The notes beneath the pieces are model-generated. The model saw only the letters and a list, made by a program, of their open reading frames with translations. It did no database searches and was not told the origin of the DNA. The position numbers and the translations under genes are program-made. From the NCBI RefSeq assembly GCF_003790525.1, contig NZ_CP033633.1: a DNA stretch of 64,000 nucleotides; one strand, given 5' to 3'. Shown here one piece after another: positions 27,634-38,030 of this stretch; within the stretch, counting starts at the first letter, position 1, and every line of letters starts with the position of its first letter. The DNA comes from Escherichia coli (GTDB lineage: Bacteria; Pseudomonadota; Gammaproteobacteria; Enterobacterales; Enterobacteriaceae).

Positions 27634-28197
27634 ATGGATATAATAGAAAAAAGAATCACAAAACGACACCTCAGTGAAAGTGAATTATCAGGTGTAAATT
27701 ATTACAATTGTATATTTGAACGAATACAGCTTGACAACTTTAACTTTCGCGATTGTGAGTTCGAAAAATGTCGCTTCGTAAACTGCTCAATAAAGAATTT
27801 AAAACTTAATTTTTTTAAACTTATTGACTGTGAATTCAAAGATTGTTTATTACAAGGAGTAAATGCAGCAGACATTATGTTTCCCTGTACTTTTTCTCTT
27901 GTAAATTGTGATTTGAGATTTGTTGATTTTATTAGTTTACGGTTACAGAAATCTGTTTTTTTATCCAGTCGCTTCCGTGATTGTTTATTTGAGGAAACAG
28001 ACCTTCGTAAATCTGATTTTACTGGTTCGGAGTTTAATAATACAGAGTTCAGACATTCTGATTTGTCTCACTGTGATTTTTCAATGACAGAAGGTCTCGA
28101 TATAAATCCTGAGATAAACAGGATCTTATCTATAAAGATACCACAGGAAGCAGGTTTAAAAATACTTAAACGAATGGGAGTGGTTGTAGGGGGATGA
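27634..28197 (+). CDS. mcbG: pentapeptide-repeat protein, McbG-like (microcin B17 immunity / DNA gyrase protection)
   Basis: 187 aa; tandem pentapeptide repeats; exact length expected for McbG; upstream ABC remnant fits the mcbE-F-G order. Confidence 0.75.
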   Translation: MDIIEKRITKRHLSESELSGVNYYNCIFERIQLDNFNFRDCEFEKCRFVNCSIKNLKLNFFKLIDCEFKDCLLQGVNAADIMFPCTFSLVNCDLRFVDFISLRLQKSVFLSSRFRDCLFEETDLRKSDFTGSEFNNTEFRHSDLSHCDFSMTEGLDINPEINRILSIKIPQEAGLKILKRMGVVVGG

Positions 28198-28365
28198 GGT
28201 GAGTAGACCCGCCGGTTGCCCGGACGGGCCCCTCCTCAGAACCGGACCTGCGGAACTACCGCATCCGGCTCCCGACAGATCAGTGTCCTCACACATATTT
28301 CAGAAAGAATGGAACATTGACTGAGTTCTCCATCTCGATGGGTATCCCAGCATTTTGAGAATCGA

Positions 28366-29678
28366 GCCTGTTTAGGATTCTGTGTAAATGCCTTTTCTCA
28401 GAAGTGACCGTCCAGGCGGTCACCGAACTCGATAATAAAGCGGCTCATTGCCATTCGCCAGTCCTTCAACGGCATCGTCCATTTCTGGGACGCAGACTGG
28501 ATTGCCAGCCACACCACTTTTTTCACCGAGTCGTCTGTCGGGAACACTTTACGCTTTTTGATCGCATGGCGGATCACGCTGTTTAGCGACTCGATGGCAT
28601 TCGTCGTATAGATCACTTTGCGGATGTCCGTTGGATAAGCGAAGAACGTGGCAAGATTCGGCCAGTTAGCCTGCCAGCTTCGGCTTATCTGAGGATAGCG
28701 ACTGTCCCAGGCCGCAGCGAACGCTTCCAGTGCCTGCTGACCTGCCTCTTCCGTGGGAGCCTGATAAATCGCTTTCAGGTCGCGAGTGACGGCCTTGTAG
28801 TCCTTCCATGACACGAAGCGCAGGCTGTTGCGCACCATATGCACGATGCATAACTGGATGCGGGCCTTCGGATATACTGTGTTGATGGCATCCGGGAAGC
28901 CTTTCAGGCCATCCACACAGGCGATGAGGATATCGTTCAGACCGCGGTTTTTCAGTTCAGTCAGCACATTGAGCCAGAACTTCGCCCCTTCATTTTCGGC
29001 CAGCCACATACCCAGCAGTTCTTTCTGACCTTCGATATTGATGCCCAGTGCCAGGAACACCGATTTGTTGATGACGCGACTGTCCTGCCGAACTTTCAGG
29101 ACGATACAGTCAAGATAAACAATGGGGTAAACAGCATCCAGTGGTCTGTTTTGCCATTCTACAACCTGCTCCATCACGGCATCGGTGACCTTTGATATCA
29201 GTGCCGGTGAAACATCTGCGTCATACAGTTCTTTGAACGCAGTAGCTATCTCACGGGTGGTCATCCCTTTGGCATACAACGAGAGGATCTGGTTATCCAT
29301 CCCGGTAATACGGGTCTGATTTTTCTTTACCAGTTGTGGTTCGAAGGTACCGTCACGATCGCGCGGAGTACGCAGTTCCAGTGGACCGTCGCCTGTGATA
29401 ACGGTCTTTGTGTAATAACCGTTGCGGGAGTTAGCTCCTGGTCTGGACTGATTTTTCTCATACCCAAGATGGTGTGTCATCTCTGCATTGAGAGCGGCTT
29501 CAACGCTGAGCTTTTTCAGCAGCCGATCAAACTGACTGAGGTCTTCAGGGGTTTTGAGGTTTTTGGCCAGTTCGTTAGCCAGAGCCTGTAACTGTTTTTC
29601 GTCCATAAATTAACCTTCATTTGATGCTGGATTGAACATATCAAAATCAGGCAATTACACAAATCTATGTACAGGCTC
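28366..29678 (-). mobile_element. IS256-family insertion sequence, complete copy (~1.3 kb; IS1414-like)
   Basis: Imperfect terminal repeats GAGCCTGTTTAGGATTCTGTGTAAATGCC (28366-) and GGCAATTACACAAATCTATGTACAGGCTC (-29678); one transposase ORF; two truncated copies at 37253 and 42493. Confidence 0.75.
28398..29606 (-). CDS. IS256-family (Mutator-type) transposase
   Basis: 402 aa; DDE region with VYPIVYLDCIVLKV and CVDGLKGF. Confidence 0.8.
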   Translation of the reverse strand: MDEKQLQALANELAKNLKTPEDLSQFDRLLKKLSVEAALNAEMTHHLGYEKNQSRPGANSRNGYYTKTVITGDGPLELRTPRDRDGTFEPQLVKKNQTRITGMDNQILSLYAKGMTTREIATAFKELYDADVSPALISKVTDAVMEQVVEWQNRPLDAVYPIVYLDCIVLKVRQDSRVINKSVFLALGINIEGQKELLGMWLAENEGAKFWLNVLTELKNRGLNDILIACVDGLKGFPDAINTVYPKARIQLCIVHMVRNSLRFVSWKDYKAVTRDLKAIYQAPTEEAGQQALEAFAAAWDSRYPQISRSWQANWPNLATFFAYPTDIRKVIYTTNAIESLNSVIRHAIKKRKVFPTDDSVKKVVWLAIQSASQKWTMPLKDWRMAMSRFIIEFGDRLDGHF

Positions 29679-29946
29679 CTGTTTTGCGGTCCCTGTATAT
29701 GCCCATTTCTTTTTCCGTCTGTATTGCAGAACTGCGTAATAATCTGAAGGAGAACTCTTCCTGGCTGGTTGCTCTCTGTGATTTCATTTTTGCACGTTTC
29801 AGGCAGTGCTGTATCCGTCTCTGGATACAGATCCGATCATCTTCCTGCAGGTAGTTCAGCAGCAATTCCTGCCAGCGTGCAGCGGCTCTGCGCCATAATC
29901 CCCGCTGTTCGAGCTCTTCAGCTTTTTTATCAGTAATCATATTCAC
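29665..29946 (-). CDS. PerC-family-like small transcriptional activator (3' end possibly altered by the IS256-family insertion)
   Basis: 93 aa; N-terminal EELEQRGLWRRAAARW resembles PerC/Pch proteins from memory; stop codon lies within the IS terminal repeat. Confidence 0.4.
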   Translation of the reverse strand: MNMITDKKAEELEQRGLWRRAAARWQELLLNYLQEDDRICIQRRIQHCLKRAKMKSQRATSQEEFSFRLLRSSAIQTEKEMGIYRDRKTGACT

Positions 29947-29963
29947 CTCTGCTCTGGTCGGTC

Positions 29964-30764
29964 ATGCTTTCTTCCCGGTATGTTATAGTTATTAAGATAC
30001 TTTTGTCCCTGTTCTGTTCCGGAGTGAACATGATTTTTGTCTGTTCTGTTGTACTGGCTGACAGAGCATTCACCCTGCAGTTTGCCGGGAAAATGCTGTC
30101 CCTTTCTGCAGGAGATGTGCTTCTGATTGATGATACTGATCGTGAGGATTTTCAGCCTCATGCTGCGCATATCACTGAGGTGCGGCTGGATGAAAATATC
30201 ATCCGCAGATATCTGGAGAGTTGTGGCGGCAACCGGGAGGCCGACAACACGGTTTCTTCTGGTTTCATCAGAGTGGCCTTTGCTCATCCTGCGTTGTTGC
30301 GTGACGTTATGCATCATCTGAATTCGGGAGGATTTGTTCATCCCGGATTTTCCGAGCAGATGTTTTTTTCCTGCATTGCTGTCTTTGCATCAAAAAAAGG
30401 CTTTCTTCCTTTGTTGCTGGGCGGAATGCTTTCTGTGGCCGGGAGAGTGAGGCATATCATCTGTACTGACCTTTCACACCAGTGGAAGCTGCGGGATGTC
30501 AGCAGTCGTTTGTATATGAGTGAAAGTCAGCTGAAAAAGAAACTGAAGGAAGAAGGATGTTCGTTCACCGGAGTGCTTCTGGATGTGAGAATGGGCTATG
30601 CACGCCGTCTGTTACAGGCCCGTCTGCCGGTCAACAGGGTGGCCGCGCAGTGTGGTTATGTAAGCACATCTTATTTTATCTGCGTGTTCAGGGAATGTTT
30701 TGGCGTCACGCCTCACCGGATGCTGGCGCTTCAGGAGCACGGGCAGCATAAAAGTGAATGCTGA
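29964..30764 (+). CDS. AraC-family transcriptional regulator
   Basis: 266 aa; C-terminal double HTH (...QWKLRDVSSRLYMSESQLKKKLKEEG...VNRVAAQCGYVSTSYFICVFRECFGVTPHRM); true start may be internal. Confidence 0.8.
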   Translation: MLSSRYVIVIKILLSLFCSGVNMIFVCSVVLADRAFTLQFAGKMLSLSAGDVLLIDDTDREDFQPHAAHITEVRLDENIIRRYLESCGGNREADNTVSSGFIRVAFAHPALLRDVMHHLNSGGFVHPGFSEQMFFSCIAVFASKKGFLPLLLGGMLSVAGRVRHIICTDLSHQWKLRDVSSRLYMSESQLKKKLKEEGCSFTGVLLDVRMGYARRLLQARLPVNRVAAQCGYVSTSYFICVFRECFGVTPHRMLALQEHGQHKSEC

Positions 30765-30918
30765 GTTTGAATTATTCTGAAGAACGGCGGGTATTTTATG
30801 GAAACGGCACATTTCCGTGTCTCTGTGGTCATTCCCGATTGCTGTTGACGCATCGCCACTCACCGGAAATGTGCCGGAATATTTTAATCGTTCTTCACCG
30901 TCTGTGAAGGTCCTGTGC

Positions 30919-31133
30919 TTACATTGCTGAGCGGAAAATGGCCTCAATTTCCTCCTGTGTAGCCTGAATCGGGTTTGTCAGACCACATGCATCCTTCAGG
31001 GCATTAGCGGCCAGAACAGGGATATCCTCTTCTCTGACGTTCAGGGCTTTCAGACCTGTCGGGATATTCACTTTTCCGGCCAGTTCCCTGATTGCAGATA
31101 TACTGTCAGCGCCAGTGATATAAGACGGTAAAT
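30919..31133 (-). pseudogene. C-terminal fragment of an iron-containing alcohol dehydrogenase, truncated by the IS3-family element
   Basis: Minus-strand frame ...[68 protein letters not shown] stop; no start; abuts IS end at 31134. Confidence 0.45.
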
Positions 31134-32739
31134 GGGGATGCGGACGATTTCCTGGACTCTCAGGAGATAAAACATGTTTACTGAAGAAGAAAAAATCCGC
31201 GCCATTGAGCTTTATTTCAAATATGGTAAGAAGCTGGCTCCCGTCGTACGCGAACTGGGCTACCCTTCGAAAAGAAATCTGCGGCGTTGGAGCCGCTCAT
31301 GGGAAGCAGGTGGTGGCGCAAAAGAATCCATTCGTCATAAGCACCGTTACTCCGATGAGCAAAAACAGGTTGCCGTTGAACATTATCTTAACCACGGCTG
31401 CTGCCTGGCGTTTACCAGCAGAGCCCTGGGTTATCCCTGCACTGATGTACTCGCTCGCTGGGTTAATGAACTTTATCCCGACAGACGACGTATATTTACC
31501 AGTAAGGCCAACCCGGTTGCGCCCTTTGAACCAGAAGTCAAACGTCAGGCTGTCATGGCACTCTGTACACGACAAGTATCAGCCAGTGAAATCGCCAGGC
31601 GTATTGGTGTCAGTCGTGCGGTATTGTATAAATGGAAAGATAAAATTATCGGCAACAGTGCTTACCAGACTATGCGTAAACATAACGAACCTTCCCTGGA
31701 GGCAGAACGCGATGCGTTGCGGGAGGAAGTCGCCCGACTGAATCAGGAAATACGCCGCCGGCAGATGGAGCTGGATATTCTGAAAAAGGCGGAGGAAATC
31801 ATAAAAAAAGACCCGGGCATCAGTATCAGTCACCTGAACAACAGAGAGAAAACGAAGATCGCTGATGCCCTGAGACAAACATATCCCCTGACAGAATTAC
31901 TGCATGTTCTGGGCCTTGCCCGTAGCAGTTATTTTTATCACCGGGCTGCACTGAAAGCCGGTGATAAATACGCCACGATACGTACGATGCTGACAGATAT
32001 ATTTAACAGTAATTACCAGTGTTATGGCTATCGTCGCCTGCATGCGATGCTCAGGCATGAGGGGGGGGGCGGCTATCAGAAAAGGTTGTACGCAGACTTA
32101 TGGTGGAAGAACAGCTTGTCGTCAGCCGTAACCGTCGTCGCCGCTACAGCTCATATTGCGGAGAAATCGGACCGGCTCCGGATAACCTTATCGCCAGAGA
32201 TTTTAAGGCGGAGCAACCTAATCAGAAATGGCTGACAGATATCACGGAGTTCCACCTCCCTGCAGGTAAAGTCTGGCTATCATCGGTGGTGGACTGCTTC
32301 GATGGAAAAGTTGTGAGCTGGTCTCTCAGTACACGCCCCGATGCTGAACTGGTCAACACTATGCTGGATAGCGCTGTCGAAACGTTAAATGCTGGCGAAC
32401 GACCGGTGATACACAGTGACAGAGGTGGGCATTATCGCTGGTCAGGCTGGCTGGAAAGAGTGAATGCAGAAGGTCTTATTCGCTCAATGTCCCGCAAAGG
32501 ATGTTCACCTGATAATGCGGCATGCGAAGGCTTTTTCGGCAGACTGAAAACGGAAATGTATCATGGGCGTAAATGGTCGGGCATCACGCCAGAAAAGTTC
32601 ATGCAGCAAGTGGATACTTACATCAGATGGTATAACGAGCGGCGTATAAAATTATCGCCGGGTGCAGTCAGCCCCAAAATGTACCGCCAACAATGCGGGC
32701 TGGAATGATAAAGCAGTCCAGGAAATCGTCCGCATCCCC
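31134..32739 (+). mobile_element. IS3-family insertion sequence
   Basis: 24-bp terminal inverted repeats GGGGATGCGGACGATTTCCTGGAC (31134-31157) and GTCCAGGAAATCGTCCGCATCCCC (32716-32739); OrfA/OrfB transposase inside. Confidence 0.75.
31174..32708 (+). CDS. IS3-family transposase OrfA/OrfB (two overlapping frames, shift near a G10 tract at 32061-32070)
   Basis: HTH domains, leucine zipper, then DDE integrase core (HSDRGGHY...[16 protein letters not shown]); the 353-aa first frame is unusually long. Confidence 0.7.
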
Positions 32740-33110
32740 AGAACGGTCAAACATCGTGGCGTTGACAACGGGTTCCTGAGTCCGGTGAAGCGCCGGTTAC
32801 TGGAAAATGTTGTGTACGTCATAACAGAAACGGAGAGAAAAACGGCGATGCAAATCAGGCGGAGAAGGGTGTATCAGCGGTTACTGAAGGTTGACCCGCT
32901 GAAGTGCATCCTGTGCGGAGGTCAGATGCGGTTTACGGGGCTGAAGCGGGGCTACCGTCTGGCAGAGCTGGTCATGATGCATGAGCCACTGGCACGACAG
33001 CGGGTATACAGCTGAGAGCCGCAGAGGGGAAGTTGCGTCCATTTTTTGAGGAATGGAGCAAAAAATCATCACAGATATAAAAAATCAATCAATGAAAGCC
33101 ATTTAATTGC
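32740..33110 (+). mobile_element. 3' fragment of a second, diverged IS91-family element, truncated by the IS3-family insertion
   Basis: Encodes ...GFLSPVKRRLLENVVYVITETERKTAMQIRRRRVYQRLLKVDPLKCILCGGQMRFTGLKRGYRLAELVMMHEPLARQRVYS, homologous to the C-terminus of the tnpA at 25671-26846. Confidence 0.7.
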
Positions 33111-33600
33111 CGGTGCATTGTGGATGCAGTCCTCATGGTACGTAACCAGAGTTGAATAAACATCCATTTTTTTGTGTTTTTTTAACCTCCCCGGGTTTTT
33201 AATTCCTGTCGATTAAAAGTGTTAGATTATTTGGTTAAGAGTTCTCTCGTCCTATTTATTCAGGCGTTATCACGGATATGCAGATCGCTAAGTCAGTTGT
33301 AAGAAAACCAGACAGTGCACATCATTATACCTAGGTCTTCTCTGGAAAAATACTTAGGAATAATTTATGTAAAACAGGTTGTCGTCTTCATGATTTAAAC
33401 GCAGTACATATATATACTCTATAATAAATACAGGGAGTATCACGAGACGTCTGGATAAGAGGAATAACCAGAATAAATTGGTAAGGAATAAAGACACTTA
33501 TTTCTATTGAGAAAAAACATTCATCCTGATGTGATTAGTATCAATGAAATAATGTACTTGTATGGTTGATAAAAAAATGCATCACTAAAGAAAAAACAGT

Positions 33601-36600
33601 ATGAATAAGAATATACGAATTTTACAATTTCTGGTCAGTATACTTTATTCTGTGCAGTCTCATTTTTCTAGTGCGCAAACAATACAACTGAATGGTAATG
33701 GTATACCTGAAAGTATAACCAGGAGTATTACAGGTGTTGATGGAAACGCGGCGCTTAATATCAGCGTGCCGTATAAAACAAGTTATACTCAAAATATACT
33801 ATCTGTTGAAAGCAGTATTAACATCAAAGGAGGAACAAGCAATACATCAATCGGTGGTGCAGGTGTCTACGGTGAAAACTTTACGCTAAATAATAATGGT
33901 AGTGTTTGGGGAGGAGATGGATATAATGGTGGAATTGCTGTTAGTGGCAACAAAATATCTATAAACAATTACAGAAATGTATATGGGGGTAATGGTCTTG
34001 GTGGCTCAGGAAGTAGCGGAGGTGCAGGGTTAAGCGGGGATGATATTATAGTTGATAATTACAGAAGTATATACGGAGGTGATGATGTAGGTGGGACAGG
34101 TGGTTCCGGTGTAACCGGTAGCAATATTACAGTGCATAATTCCGGAGGAATATTGGGCGGTAATGGCGTAAACGGTGGTGATGGTATTAATGGTAGTAAT
34201 CTTTTCATTACTAACGACAACATGATATCTGGAGGATATGGAATAAAACAAGGGGGAGATGCTATTTCTGGAAATCAAATCACTTTGAATAATAACGGTA
34301 TTGTTCAGGGGGGATATGGCCCCGACGGTGGTTGCTCTGTTTATGGAGAAGATATCCATATTAATAATCATGGTAATCTTTCAGGATTATATAATAGCCA
34401 AAAAGATGCTTATAATACATCAATAATTTTTTCTGGCGGGTATAATTCATTAGATATTTATTCAGATTCTGTGATTAATGGTGATATTAAACTAGCTAGT
34501 ATACCTGTTAATGGTACAAATGAATTAATTATTAAGAACATCAATAACGCAACAGCAATTAATGGTGGGCTAATGATTGGGAATGGCTCATCTGTTTATC
34601 TGTCAGGCAAGAACTCCATTTTTAACGGAAATATAAGTATTGATGAAGACGCATCTATGAACCTGTCTGTAGGAAATGCTAATGTTCACGCAAATACTAT
34701 TACATTAAAAAGTGATTCATGGCTTAATATAGACACATCAATTAAGAACTGGACTCAGGACTATTACACATTATTGTCGTCAGACACAGGTATCTCGATC
34801 GCTGATAATAGTCACATTGTACAATACAATGTATTACTGACAGAAGGTGCTGAAAGTTATGTTTATACGTCTTTAAATGACGACGATAACAAACTGATAT
34901 CCATGCTGAGATGGAATAATACAAAAGGGATGGGATATGGAACCTTTAATATAGAAAAAGATGCCACTCTGAACATAGGCGTTTCTCTTTCCGATAATCT
35001 TTCACCTTTATTATATGATGGCTGGGACGGCAAAAGTCTGACAAAATCAGGTAATGGTACTCTTATACTTTCTGCAACAAACAATTATACAGGAAATACA
35101 GAGGTTAAATCTGGCGTATTAATTCTTGCTGCACCTGATGCTCTTGGTCGGACTGAGTATTTATATTTATCCCGTGGCGCAGAACTGGATATGAATGGGT
35201 ATCCTCAGACAATAAGCAAACTACTGACGGCTGCAGGCTCTGTGCTGAACATTCATGGCGGAAGTCTGATACTGAATAATGGAGGAGAATCTGCAGGTAC
35301 TATTGCAGGGGATGGTTCTCTGAACATAAATGGGGGAATGCTTGATATAACGGGTAATAATCGTAATTTTTCCGGTGTTTTTACCGTGAATAAGGGGGCT
35401 CATTTGGCTGTATCCACGGCTGATAATCTGGGGACAGCCTTTGTTGATAACTATGGCACATTAACTCTGAACAGTACATCAGCATGGCAGCTTACCAACA
35501 ATATCAGTGGTTATGGTAATGTTCGCAAGACGGGAGCAGGTGCACTGAACATTAGCGATAACGCAAAATGGAGCGGGATGACAGATATTATTCAGGGGAC
35601 AGTGATACTGGGGAACGCAGATTCACCGGTGATGCTCGGCAGTAACCAGGTCATTGTTGAAGAGCAGGGCAAACTCTCCGGGTTTGGGGGCGTTGCAGGA
35701 AATCTGAGCAATAGTGGTATAGTCGATCTCACTACATATATGCCGGGTAATATACTGACTGTCGGAGGGAATTACACTGGCAGAAATGGACTTATTCTCC
35801 TCCAGACAGAAACAGGTGGTGACAATTCGAAAACAGATCGTCTGGTGATTAAAGGTAATGCCAGTGGCCGTACCCGTGTCGCTGTTACTCAGGCCGGTGG
35901 TTCTGGTGCAGAGACACTTAATGGGATTGAAGTGATTCACGTCAGTGGCAATGCTGATAATGCTGAATTCATTCAGACGGAACGTATTACAGCCGGAGCT
36001 TATGATTACATACTGAAACGTGGTCAGGGGATTAACAGCACTAACTGGTATCTGATTAGCAGAAAAGACATTCCTGTACCACAACCTGAAGCTGTACCGG
36101 AAAACCATGATAATAATTTGCGTCCTGAGGCAGGTAGCTATGTTGCCAGTATTGCTGCTGCAAATAATCTGTTTGTAACGAATCTGTATGAACGACAGGG
36201 ACAGGAGTTGTATATCAGCCACATGACAGGAGAAGAAAATGAAGCAGGTATCTGGATGTATAATAAAGGAAAACATAATCGCTGGCGTGACAACAGTAGT
36301 CAGCTGAGAACCCGGGGGAATAGCTACGTTGTGTTAATAGGGGGAGATATAGCTCAGTGGAGCCTGAATGGTACCGATCGCTGGCATACAGGTATGATGG
36401 CTGGCTATGGTCATAATAATAACAGTACGAATGCCCTGAGCACCGGATACCATTCGGAAGGAAGAATGAATGGATACACAGCGGGTCTTTATGCAACATG
36501 GTATGCCAATGATGAAACACACAATGGTTCTTATCTTGATAGCTGGCTGCAATACAGCTGGTTTGATAATCATATAAATGGAGAACGGCTGCCTGCTGAG

Positions 36601-37098
36601 TCATGGAAGTCAAAAGGGTTTACGGTATCTCTGGAAGCAGGATATTCATGGAAGGCTGGAGAGTTTACCGACAATTACAAGGGAAGTCATGAATGGTATG
36701 TTCAGCCGCAGCTTCAGGTTGTCCGGATGAATGTAAAATCAGACAAATATCATGAAAGTAACGGAACCAGTATTGAAAATACCGGTAACGGAAATATTCT
36801 CACCCGCCTGGGAGCAAGAACATGGCTTACCAGCAAAAACGGTAAAAATACGCGGTATGCGGTTCCGTTCAGACCATTTGTGGAGGCACACTGGTTGCAC
36901 AATAGTCGTGTTTTCGGCACCAGTATGAATGGTGTAAGTATATACCAGGATGGTGCGCGTGATATCGGAGAAATAAATGGTGGTGTTGTGGGAATGATAA
37001 CACCAGAAGTAGCATTCCGGGCTGATGCAGGCATTCAACTTGGAGAACATGGATACCATAATACATCTGCCATGTTGAGTGTGGAATATCGTTTCTGA
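33601..37098 (+). CDS. autotransporter (type Va secretion) with large glycine-rich passenger domain
   Basis: 1165 aa; signal peptide; repetitive G-rich passenger; C-terminal beta-barrel ending ...AMLSVEYRF; AT-rich. Confidence 0.8.
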   Translation: MNKNIRILQFLVSILYSVQSHFSSAQTIQLNGNGIPESITRSITGVDGNAALNISVPYKTSYTQNILSVESSINIKGGTSNTSIGGAGVYGENFTLNNNGSVWGGDGYNGGIAVSGNKISINNYRNVYGGNGLGGSGSSGGAGLSGDDIIVDNYRSIYGGDDVGGTGGSGVTGSNITVHNSGGILGGNGVNGGDGINGSNLFITNDNMISGGYGIKQGGDAISGNQITLNNNGIVQGGYGPDGGCSVYGEDIHINNHGNLSGLYNSQKDAYNTSIIFSGGYNSLDIYSDSVINGDIKLASIPVNGTNELIIKNINNATAINGGLMIGNGSSVYLSGKNSIFNGNISIDEDASMNLSVGNANVHANTITLKSDSWLNIDTSIKNWTQDYYTLLSSDTGISIADNSHIVQYNVLLTEGAESYVYTSLNDDDNKLISMLRWNNTKGMGYGTFNIEKDATLNIGVSLSDNLSPLLYDGWDGKSLTKSGNGTLILSATNNYTGNTEVKSGVLILAAPDALGRTEYLYLSRGAELDMNGYPQTISKLLTAAGSVLNIHGGSLILNNGGESAGTIAGDGSLNINGGMLDITGNNRNFSGVFTVNKGAHLAVSTADNLGTAFVDNYGTLTLNSTSAWQLTNNISGYGNVRKTGAGALNISDNAKWSGMTDIIQGTVILGNADSPVMLGSNQVIVEEQGKLSGFGGVAGNLSNSGIVDLTTYMPGNILTVGGNYTGRNGLILLQTETGGDNSKTDRLVIKGNASGRTRVAVTQAGGSGAETLNGIEVIHVSGNADNAEFIQTERITAGAYDYILKRGQGINSTNWYLISRKDIPVPQPEAVPENHDNNLRPEAGSYVASIAAANNLFVTNLYERQGQELYISHMTGEENEAGIWMYNKGKHNRWRDNSSQLRTRGNSYVVLIGGDIAQWSLNGTDRWHTGMMAGYGHNNNSTNALSTGYHSEGRMNGYTAGLYATWYANDETHNGSYLDSWLQYSWFDNHINGERLPAESWKSKGFTVSLEAGYSWKAGEFTDNYKGSHEWYVQPQLQVVRMNVKSDKYHESNGTSIENTGNGNILTRLGARTWLTSKNGKNTRYAVPFRPFVEAHWLHNSRVFGTSMNGVSIYQDGARDIGEINGGVVGMITPEVAFRADAGIQLGEHGYHNTSAMLSVEYRF

Positions 37099-37252
37099 TG
37101 TGTCTTTACATTATAAATATCCTTCACAAAATATTGTTGATAAGACATGGTTAGGTGGTGAGCTGCCTCGGAAAATATGACGACAGTAATGATTTCTAAG
37201 AGATTTGAAATGCGTTGATAACAAAATCTGAAATATAGGAGTCTGTTTAGGA

Positions 37253-38030
37253 GAGCCTGTTTAGGATTCTGTGTAAATGCCTTTTCTCAGAAGTGACCGT
37301 CCAGGCGGTCACCGAACTCGATAATAAAGCGGCTCATTGCCATTCGCCAGTCCTTCAACGGCATCGTCCATTTCTGGGACGCAGACTGGATTGCCAGCCA
37401 CACCACTTTTTTCACCGAGTCGTCTGTCGGGAACACTTTACGCTTTTTGATCGCATGGCGGATCACGCTGTTTAGCGACTCGATGGCATTCGTCGTATAG
37501 ATCACTTTGCGGATGTCCGTTGGATAAGCGAAGAACGTGGCAAGATTCGGCCAGTTAGCCTGCCAGCTTCGGCTTATCTGAGGATAGCGACTGTCCCAGG
37601 CCGCAGCGAACGCTTCCAGTGCCTGCTGACCTGCCTCTTCCGTGGGAGCCTGATAAATCGCTTTCAGGTCGCGAGTGACGGCTTTGTAGTCCTTCCATGA
37701 CACGAAGCGCAGGCTGTTGCGCACCATATGCACGATGCATAACTGGATGCGGGCCTTCGGATATACTGTGTTGATGGCATCCGGGAAGCCTTTCAGGCCA
37801 TCCACACAGGCGATGAGGATATCGTTCAGACCGCGGTTTTTCAGTTCAGTCAGCACATTGAGCCAGAACTTCGCCCCTTCATTTTCGGCCAGCCACATAC
37901 CCAGCAGTTCTTTCTGACCTTCGATATTGATGCCCAGTGCCAGGAACACCGATTTGTTGATGACGCGACTGTCCTGCCGAACTTTCAGGACGATACAGTC
38001 AAGATAAACAATTGATAAACAGCATCCAGT
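37253..38030 (-). mobile_element. IS256-family element, truncated copy (interrupted by an IS66-family end)
   Basis: Identical to 28366-29140 of the complete copy; ends where GTAAGCGTACAGCC begins at 38031. Confidence 0.75.

Noticed and set aside
27634-28197. Pentapeptide-repeat protein considered as a Qnr quinolone-resistance determinant
   Set aside because: Length of 187 aa and the adjacent ABC ATPase remnant fit McbG better than Qnr (about 214-218 aa); called mcbG, with the phenotype left open.
28828-29028. Alternate-frame ORF inside the IS256-family transposase, checked as a possible astA (EAST1 enterotoxin) gene as recalled for IS1414
   Set aside because: The ORF contains a PSTQ...RP stretch faintly like EAST1 but is on the opposite strand and lacks the four cysteines the toxin needs; not called.
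31205-31741. 178-aa alternate-frame ORF overlapping the IS3-family OrfA
   Set aside because: Out-of-frame overlap with a clear transposase frame; no independent evidence.
34030-36613. Several 60-217-aa minus-strand ORFs within the autotransporter gene
   Set aside because: Antisense ORFs in AT-rich repetitive coding DNA; the 1165-aa plus-strand frame with signal peptide and beta-barrel explains the region.
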